Of a stretch of 64,000 nucleotides of DNA, positions 55,642-64,000 are shown piece after piece. The stretch comes from Paramecium tetraurelia (lineage: Eukaryota). Each line of letters starts with the position of its first letter. The first letter of the stretch is position 1. The translations under genes and the position numbers were made by a program. The stretch is taken from positions 1-64,000 of the forward strand of contig CT868252.1 of the NCBI GenBank assembly GCA_000165425.1, given 5' to 3'. A model generated the notes under the pieces. It searched no databases. It was not told where the DNA came from and was given only the letters and a program-made list of their open reading frames with translations.

Positions 55642-57711
55642 ATGTTTAATTCATAAAAAACTGCAGAATTGTGCAACAAAGAAAAATACATTCTATTCAT
55701 ATAATGGTGCAAAGAAAATGGAGCTTTGATATCTGATGAAGTTTAGTATCCATCTGCTTTTGGAGCTTAAGGTTATACTGGAGTTAGTGCAAAAATGAAT
55801 ATTCCCGCTAATAAGGTAATTATTGCAATACCAAACAAATTGATCATAAGTCATCATAAAGTATTGAAAAGTGAATTGAGTGATATGTTCAAGACTCATA
55901 AACAATTTTTCGATGATTAGATCACTGCAGATGCTGAATTCAATTGTTTGGGTATGAAATAAGTTGTACCCTATAGCACTTTACATATTTTATCATAAAT
56001 TATAAGGGGACAAGTCATTTTGGTATCCTTATTTGAATGTAGTAGAACAACACACTATGTTTGAATGGAGAAATAGAGACCTATTCAATTTATAGGATCA
56101 ATCCCTAATTGATGAATTTATGTATATCTAATCTGAGATGGATAAATCTTGGTATAAATTTAAAGGGTTAATGAACAAGTATCCCCAATACTTTGGTAGT
56201 CTAACAGAAGAACAAAAAGACATGTTTTATTGGAGCAATGAATTTGTGATGACTCGTTGTTTTGGTTGGACACTGCCATCCACAAGTTTAGTACCTATGG
56301 CTGATATGCTCAATCATTCTAATACTAATCCTGCTACATATCATTTGATCAATAGATCAATTGAATAAAATGGTCAACCCAATAATAGATACACTCTTAA
56401 AAGAGAAAGGATTGATTTGAAATTACTAGAACTTGATTTTAAAGTTGATCCAAAATACTCAATCAGAAATTCGCAAGAAGCCTACATCTAAACCAATAAA
56501 CAATTGTTAGTTCATGAGTTTGAAGGACAAACAAGCAGAGATAAAATTAATTAAATTAATTACAATGTGTTGTAACTTTGGAAGGAAAAACAAGCATGGG
56601 AGTTGGATTTTGAATCATCTTCCTAATCAGAGGACAATGATACTGATTCAGAAGATGAAGATAAGGTAGACAAGCTCTCCTAGATAAGAAAGAAAGAACT
56701 TAAGATTTTATAAGAAAAGAATATGAAGTTAGATTAATAATACACTTAAAAATGCTAAGATATTATTACTAGTCTTATTCCCAAGAATGCATAGTATAAA
56801 CAAACACAAACAAATATTTAAATTAAGGGTAAGAGGACTTTTGAAGAAGATTTGGAGAAAGATTAGGATAGTTCAGAAAGTAGTGATGATTCGGAGAAGG
56901 ATTTCGATTGGTATAATGATGATGATGATTAAGTTTATTTTTGTATCACAACAGCAGGTCAAATTCAATAAGGAGAATAGATTTACACATTCTATGGTAG
57001 AAGAAATAATAGATTCTTATTGTTGTGGTATGGGTTCACAATGAATAATAATAAGTATAATTCATTCAATCTTAGAGTATATTATATCAATTATATATTA
57101 AGTTATGGCTCAATCCAGAACCTATGGCTATGAATGACTAAATCTACTCTAAGATTATTGTCACTGACATAGTGAATACTAGTCATCTGAAATTGGGGTA
57201 AATCAATGGAGTACCAATCAATCAATTGAGCAGGGAAATCAAATTGAAGGGCTCCAAATTATAAGAAGGTATGTTCAAATTTAGATTTAGATTTAATCAT
57301 TTATGTAAGACTCTTTTTAATGGCCTATTATATTGGATAGGATGCAAATTCAATTTTATTAACTATACCAATTTCGATTGATTTTGAAATCCAGGTTTTT
57401 GATTTCACTTTAAAGTTACTTTCATATCTGGCATAGAGGTATATTAAAATTAAATTAGATTCAAATCACCATATTAAGAAGATTTAAATTTGAATTAAAA
57501 TAATTTGACGTGTGAAGAGTATTTTGCACTGAACTATAGACTTGGATAAAAGGAGTTAATATTATTGCAAATAAATCACATCATGGAGGCTTTGAAACTG
57601 TTAAGAATGTTGAAATAGCAACCGAAGTTAAACATCAAAGAGTATTTTATGTAGCAATCCAATTCTGTTGAAAAAATAAGAGCCTTGAGATATTATATAA
57701 AATATTTGTGA
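55642..57711 (+). CDS. SET-domain lysine methyltransferase (SETD3/SETD4/Rubisco-LSMT class)
   Basis: FIQWCKENG, SFWYPYL, FVMTRCFGW...LVPMADMLNH, GEQIYTFYGRRNNRFLLLWYGF. Confidence 0.9.
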
Positions 57712-57852
57712 TTATTTTGGTTAATTTGAATAAAAAATACTTACTTTTTCAGGTTTGAATAGGTAATTTTAAATTGGAAATTTCTTAATATCTAAAATTG
57801 AATAATTTTAATTAAATTTTGATTTATAAGAATATCAAATATTACAATACAT

Positions 57853-58239
57853 TCATTATTTTTACAAGTTCTATTAATTTTTGGTTTCCTTATTTGCAAA
57901 CTAATTCATCTCCTTTTGAAATTTTGAGAATACATTATTATGAATTCCTTTCTGAGATGGTATAGCTTGAAAGGTAACAAAATTGGAGAATTATTATTCA
58001 GATGGTAGAGTTTAAAAAGAATATTGTGGACCAGTTGATAGTTAAGAGGATTTTTGTCTCTCCTTAAATACTCCAAACTGATGCTTCTGGGGCTGATATT
58101 CCTCTTCTGAATCAGAGGACGAAACCATTTGTTATGGCTCCTCGAATGGTGAAGCATGTTTCGTATTTTAAGGTGGACTGTTATCAACTTCTAAAGTTTC
58201 AACTCTGTCAACTTTTTTGCAACATTATCCATTCCCCAT
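57853..58239 (-). CDS. Small putative myristoylated/palmitoylated protein (128 aa)
   Basis: MGNGQCCKK start; 387-nt open frame to TGA at 57853-57855. Confidence 0.7.
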
Positions 58240-58276
58240 TTATATTTATTAATTAATATTAAGAATATATTTTGTA

Positions 58277-60671
58277 TCATTTCGGTACTATCTGATGTCG
58301 TAGCGGAGGCGTAAAATACTTCTTATGGTTTAATGAAATATTTCTAATGTAATAATTGAAGGATACCTCATTTGATTAAAATAGAACGTATCAATATTCT
58401 AACTTGGGAAGTAATATTTAAAACTATGAACTTTATCAATGTCATAGCTATCATTTGGTTTTTCAACATATTATTATTTAAGTTCACTTAACTGTGCTTC
58501 ATCGATTTCAAACTCATCTGCATTTACAATAATATTTTTTTATTTTGCTTTTCTCCTTCTTGCCTTTTTTCTGTCTTATTATTTGTATTCATTTTTGACA
58601 ATCTAAGAACTCATGACATTCTTTTAAGATTCAAAAGTGAAATGAGTCAATGGACAACAATTACTCATATGATCAGTCAAATTGCAAGTAAAACAACTTA
58701 ATTGCTAAACAAATAGATGTGAAATCTTACCAATAAATCATATCTTTTGCCCAACAGAACTAAATCTTTCAATTAACAATATCTTTCATAGTCTGCTTCA
58801 AACTTCAGTAATGTATTGATAAAGGTAGTCCTATTCACTTGATATAAAGTCGTTTGGGTCCTGGTTTTTGCAGAACATTGTCTACCATCCCCAGTAATAA
58901 AAGAGTATTACCCAAAGACTGCACCACTCCTCAAATGAGCAACCAAAGGTTAGGTTGCACTACTGCTATTAATATATAAATCAACTTGACCCTCTTTCAA
59001 AATATAAAATGAGTAATCATCATGAACTGCCTCCTTATCGAGAAAGATAGTTTCATCTGCTGCAAAATAGACTTCTCTTAATTCTTCCGATAATTCCTTG
59101 ATAAATTCAAATGTAAAATTATCACTCATCCAAGGAATCTTAATTAGATCCATCCCATATGATTCAAACATTAATTCTTGTCTTAAAGACGGGGCTAATG
59201 AACCTATGACCACTTGTTCTAGTTTCTACTCTCTTGCTCTTTACTTATCCCATATATGATCCAAATATTTTCTAATTTTAGCCTATAATGACACAGAGAT
59301 CTACTTGTCCCTCATAAATCTATTGATAGCTATAAGATGTCTTTTTAATATTATAAATTAATTTACTTCTAAAACTTTTTCTTACTTGCCTTATATTCCA
59401 AGTAAACTTCTTAGATAGTCTACACATTCAATGCGAACAAAAAGATTGCTATTAACATAGCCATTGTGCTAATTAGTATTTCAAGAGGGTTAGCTGGAGT
59501 AATATCACCGTATGAGACAGTTGTCAACGTTGCAAAAGACCAATACAATGATAAGAAATATTGCGATTACAATGACTTACTGTAAATCTCACCATTAAAC
59601 ATATCATTCTCTAACCATGTTCCCCAATTAAAATTCTCCTCATCCTCTTACTTCAAATCATACATGTAAACTCCAGCACGATAGAACAAAGCAGCATTCA
59701 ATTAGACAATAATTAGAATCTCAATAATTATCTTAAATATCAAATATATGGTTTTTGATTTTCTATGCAATTACACTCTTTCCTAAAATCTTTAATCATA
59801 AATTGACAGCTTATAGAATTTTAAAAAGAAGAAATATCTGATTATTGTTGACTCATTTACCTACTCTGAAACGAGACAGAGGTATAAAACAAAAAGTGGA
59901 ATGAAATCAAAGAAAAACCCAGTTTTTAAATAATTTATGTACACCTACTTTTTGTTTTTTACATATTCCCCCCTTTCAAAATATGATACATGCATTTCTA
60001 TTAGAATGTCTAATGTCATACAAAAGGTATAAATCATATTTAACCATCCTGTATATCCTTATTTCCATTAATCCCAGTACCATTCCTGATCTCCCTCATT
60101 TTTTGAAAAATATAAATTTATCATAAGAAAATAAAAGTATATTAATAAACCCACAGACATGTATATACTCCATAAATTTAGCCAGTTTGATGTCGGTTCA
60201 ATAACTGAAAATTTGGAACTGTTATTAATTAAAAATATTCTTACCAAAATCTCAGAATCCATTAAGTCTACAATTACGATTTTTCATTCTCAATTGTGGA
60301 GAATTTCTGTTTATTTATGATCTCAATTGCGTTCTTTGTATATTTGTTCTTCACCCAATTACTACTTTTATCGTCAATTAATTTAAGATGATTACTCAAC
60401 TAAATTCCCCATTCTTGTACATTTATCTACGGCTATTCTCTCTACACACCCACCTTCTACTCTAATTGATTAAGGATCTTCATATTAATCCCATCATTAC
60501 GGATTCATTCGCAAACTAACTCTTTGAGATCGGCAGTTTGTCTTGCTCTAACAGAGAAGCTGTGGGGTCTTCATTTGCTGAATTGACATTTAATTTTGGC
60601 ATCACAAACGAAAATGATTCTGCATTAAGTTTTTTCTTGTTTAGGGCAGCATGTTTTCTGAAGGCGTACAT
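58277..60671 (-). CDS. 6-TM cation channel with cyclic-nucleotide-binding domain (EAG/KCNH-like ciliate family)
   Basis: VIEPTSNW, DILIEMHVSYFERG, pore LYWSFATLTTVSYGDITPANPLE, C-linker (INRFMRDKQISVSLQAKIRKYLDH), CNBD (YILKEGQV...FGQYSFITGDGRQCSAK). Confidence 0.92.
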
Positions 60672-60942
60672 GTAGAATTGATGAAAAATTTAATTAATCA
60701 TTTATGGTGTACAAATAATGCCAAATTTACTAGATAACACAATTTAATTTTCAAGTTGATTATTTATAATCATAAATAAAACTCGTTTTAAGTTTGAATT
60801 ACTTAACTAAGAGACAATGAAATCGAATTATTAAGTATAAATTTATTTATAATAATAATAAATAAATTAAGAATCCAATATAAAAATTTAAATTGCACAC
60901 ATATATAATATTATTTTACATTTATACAATTATATATACGAT

Positions 60943-62284
60943 TCAACTTTTCTTCTAATTAAATTTCAAACTTTCCATTATTTGCTATTGAATTAGTTTT
61001 TCATCCTCCGAAATACCCTCGAAATCAAATTCCTTACTATCATAATATTAAGGAAATTTTTCAGGTACCACAGTTTGAGGAGGAGGAGGAGGTGCCTTTT
61101 TGATCGGTGGAGCCTTTTCTTATTTTTCTTTTTGTGACATCTCATTTAACATTTTCTATTCTAAATATTCCTCTGAACTCATTCCAAACTGTTCTTCCAC
61201 TTCCATTTACTTTTAAATCTCTCTTGCTATAGCTGTATCAGGTCTCCTTAAGTCAGGCCTATTGTTTGAAATGTAAGACTATGGTTTATTATTTTAAGGA
61301 TTTTTATAGCTTTCTAAACTTTTCTAATTTTGAACTGGTTACCTTTGTTATTATTACGGTTGTGGTTAAATTTGTTAGGATTGCTTATTCAAATATTGTT
61401 GCTTTTCGTATTGATTATCAAATTGAGTTTTATCTTCTTTTTAAGTTGAATTCTATTATCTTTAATTAGTTAAGGAACCAGGCTATTATTTAGGTTAGAT
61501 GGCTTGAGTTGTAGGCTACTTTTAAGTCCGAGAACCTGTTTAAGTATTAGAGGATGGAGGTCTTATATTATCTTTTTATCTATTTTTATCCTCATCCTTA
61601 ATTTGATATGAATTTTTTGCTTCTCCAGCTGCTTATCCATATTTATACCCAGACCCAACAGGCTTAGTTTATTATTGTTATTGCTATTATTGTTGTTGAA
61701 GTTATTATTTTTTAAATGCTTGGCTTTACGCATCTTGTTATGATGTCTCCTTTTTGCTGTTAAACTTTTATTGATCGAATCTGTCATCTATTTATTGCTT
61801 ATTATAATTGGGCTTATCAAAAATATCTGAATAACTCGGCTTATTCTAAACTTAAGGAGGCTCAGCTTTTGGTTTAGGTTTACAAGTGATCACGTGGCTT
61901 TCGTACTCTCGGATCATTACGTAATTATTGCAAATGTCACATTTTTGAGTTCTACTGCCACATTGGGTCTCATGCGAAAATATTTAATCGGTTGGAAAAT
62001 AGAGATCGCAATGCATGCATTACTTTGGCTTCTTCAAGCATTTATGTTTTTTCAAATCTAATAATATAATATTGAAAACGACCTTCAGATTCTAGAGAAC
62101 AATATTAACATTTTTCTTTTTTGTGGTATTCCTCCTCATGACTCTCCGGATCATTTTTATCGTAAAATTAACCACATTTTTGACACTTTATATTATTACG
62201 CAAACAATATGTTTCATGGAGCATATGTTTAGATTCTGCTATTGGTTGCTTACAATTGGAGCATGGGATTGTGATTTCGTTCAT
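60943..62284 (-). CDS. XAF1/TRAFD1-like TRAF-type zinc-finger protein with Q/N-rich linker and C-terminal UIM-like motif
   Basis: CSNCKQPIAESKHMLHETYCLRNNIKCQKC...H; further C-C-H-C fingers (HETQCGSRTQKCDIC); C-term SEDEKLIQQQIMESL; one probable 22-nt intron. Confidence 0.85.
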
Positions 62285-62299
62285 AATATTTTATTTTAA

Positions 62300-64000
62300 T
62301 CAATTATAACGAAATAAAAACTTTTATTTCAAAATGCTCAATAACTACACAGTGTCTGGATGATATACATTATAATCTATAAACACAACTTGATATCCAA
62401 GTTTAGAGAATTACTCAACTGCCCTTTCTGTTTCTGCTGTATACACTTTATCCAATCCTCTAATTAAACGAGGGTACTCCTCCAAAAATACGACCACCTT
62501 CTGTTTTGGACAAGCAAAGTCAGCAATATGAGGGAAATCACTATAATTCATGATCCATTAATTTTTATCAAGTTTGAGTGCTTACCAAACTAATTCTTTA
62601 AAATGTGTATGCTAAATCACATTGTCACTTATTTGGGACAGTTTCCAAAACATATTCATTTCCTAATTTGAATATGTTTCCTCGATTGAATACTCTTCAA
62701 ATGGATTCTTCAATATTGGAGACAGTTTAGTGTGGGGCTTGGAACGAACAAAGTTGAATATCGATAATAATCCTTGATAGGTTCTGTTTCTATAATGTAA
62801 CTTTCTAGATTTCTCCAGTTCACTCTTCTTTAATTGTTATTCAATTTTGTCAATGAATTCTTGGCAGTCTTAACAAGTATTATATACTTCATCTATCTTT
62901 TTTTTATTAGCATTTATGAGGGATTTTAATTGTTCATTGAATAAATTAGGCCAAATTTGATTCACCTAAACTAGATGTTCCAACAGATTAGGTAAATAAA
63001 TGAGGTTATTGATTAATTTAAGAATTTGTGGTGTTTTAAATATTTTTGTCTATGGCTAGAAGTCAGGTACTAAAATAGATGTATAATACAAAGCTTCGAT
63101 GTAAGTGAGTATGGGTTCTAAAACTAAAACCCTCTTATTCGTTTTGGAAGTAGATATTCTTTGGAATCCATTTTTCTGCAAATTAGTTTATAAAACATTG
63201 AATTTCTCTGTCAAATTAATTATGAATTATCTTTAGTTAAGCTGATTTTAGATTTCTAAATTTTTATTATAATTTTAATAATATGGCAGGATTTCTGAAT
63301 ATTCAGAATCATTGAATTCAAATTCTACTTCTTGTTCCATATTTGGATTCAAAGCCTCTTCAAAAATCAACAATTCCTAATCCTTAACATTTGCTAGGTA
63401 AGTTATAAGTGAATTTCTGATGAAATTATCAACTTCATCAATCATAGTTTGATCACTCATTATAGATCGAAACCCTTTTAGAGAATTGCTATTCAATAAA
63501 TACACGATTTATTTTATATCATTCTTTTAGACTTTGTAATTGGAAATTTATTTGTGGCATTGCTTTAATGATATGTAGTACAATTGTGGGGAGAAGTATT
63601 TAAAATATACTAATGATTGATATGATGGATAATTACATGGCAACGCATATATCATGTGATCAGCCTTGAATTCTCCTTAATTTATAGTATTTGTGATTAT
63701 ATGATTAATAGACATTTGTATTAACTTAAAATCGTCTGGTGAATAAATCCATAACAATTTCTTAGCCACATCCTTAGTGTTCAAATTTCGCTGTACAATA
63801 AAATTGTAATTCTTGTTGAACAACTTCTCAAGACTTATTGAATATAGATTACATTATTTACATCTTAGCATAAGCAATCTTAATCTCGGAGTATTATTCT
63901 TCACTCAAAAAACTTAAATGATTATTTATCATGAGTTAAGAAAATTCATATTTCATTATTTCAGAAGCCACTAGTTCAAAATTACTTAATTTTTATATGT
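62300..64000 (-). CDS. Helical-repeat protein with C-terminal RAP-like domain (5' end outside window)
   Basis: Long open frame; C-terminus FPHIADFACPKQKVVVFLE...FSKLGYQVVFIDY resembles the RAP domain; TGA at 62300-62302. Confidence 0.65.

Noticed and set aside
61300..61800. (TTG/TTA/CTA)n-like repeats as microsatellite or CRISPR-like array
   Set aside because: They are Gln/Asn codons (CAA/TAA/TAG/AAT) in the low-complexity linker of the XAF1-like gene; no repeat-spacer structure.
1..64000. Most supplied ORFs (e.g. 21028-21546 minus, 45968-46213 plus, 52467-52694 plus)
   Set aside because: Computed with TAA/TAG as stops; they are antisense or off-frame shadows or fragments of the real code-6 genes.
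1..64000. Telomeric repeats, tRNA/rRNA genes, transposases
   Set aside because: None recognised by eye; tRNAscan-SE/Infernal would be needed to exclude small ncRNAs.

Overview
AT-rich eukaryotic DNA from a ciliate macronuclear-type assembly, most likely Paramecium. TAA/TAG encode Gln, TGA is the only stop (code 6), introns are 20-28 nt GT-AG, and many intergenic gaps are very short, so the supplied standard-code ORF track is mostly fragments or artefacts. Re-translated by hand, the window holds about 20 genes. These include an RCE1-like protease, a FAM135/DUF676 lipase, an RME-8 IWN-repeat-like gene across an N-gap, a kelch protein, eIF3c, a trichocyst matrix protein, kinesin-1, a RING protein, a SET methyltransferase, a CNBD cation channel, an XAF1-like zinc-finger protein and a RAP protein. 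There are also decaying pseudogenes (a giant furin/REJ/GPS receptor and RPN13). The most notable candidates are: (1) a tandem trio of N-acylated pseudokinase-TPR genes with a conserved C-terminal NPF-basic tail; (2) a ~2137-aa protein with two degenerate atypical-kinase-like modules, LRRs and an intact patatin phospholipase, resembling an immune receptor-effector; (3) an apparently acatalytic carbonic-anhydrase-like ectodomain fused to a polycystin-like multi-pass membrane domain; (4) a channel with a TVSYGD (weaver-like) selectivity filter. All family assignments are by-eye motif recognition, not database results.
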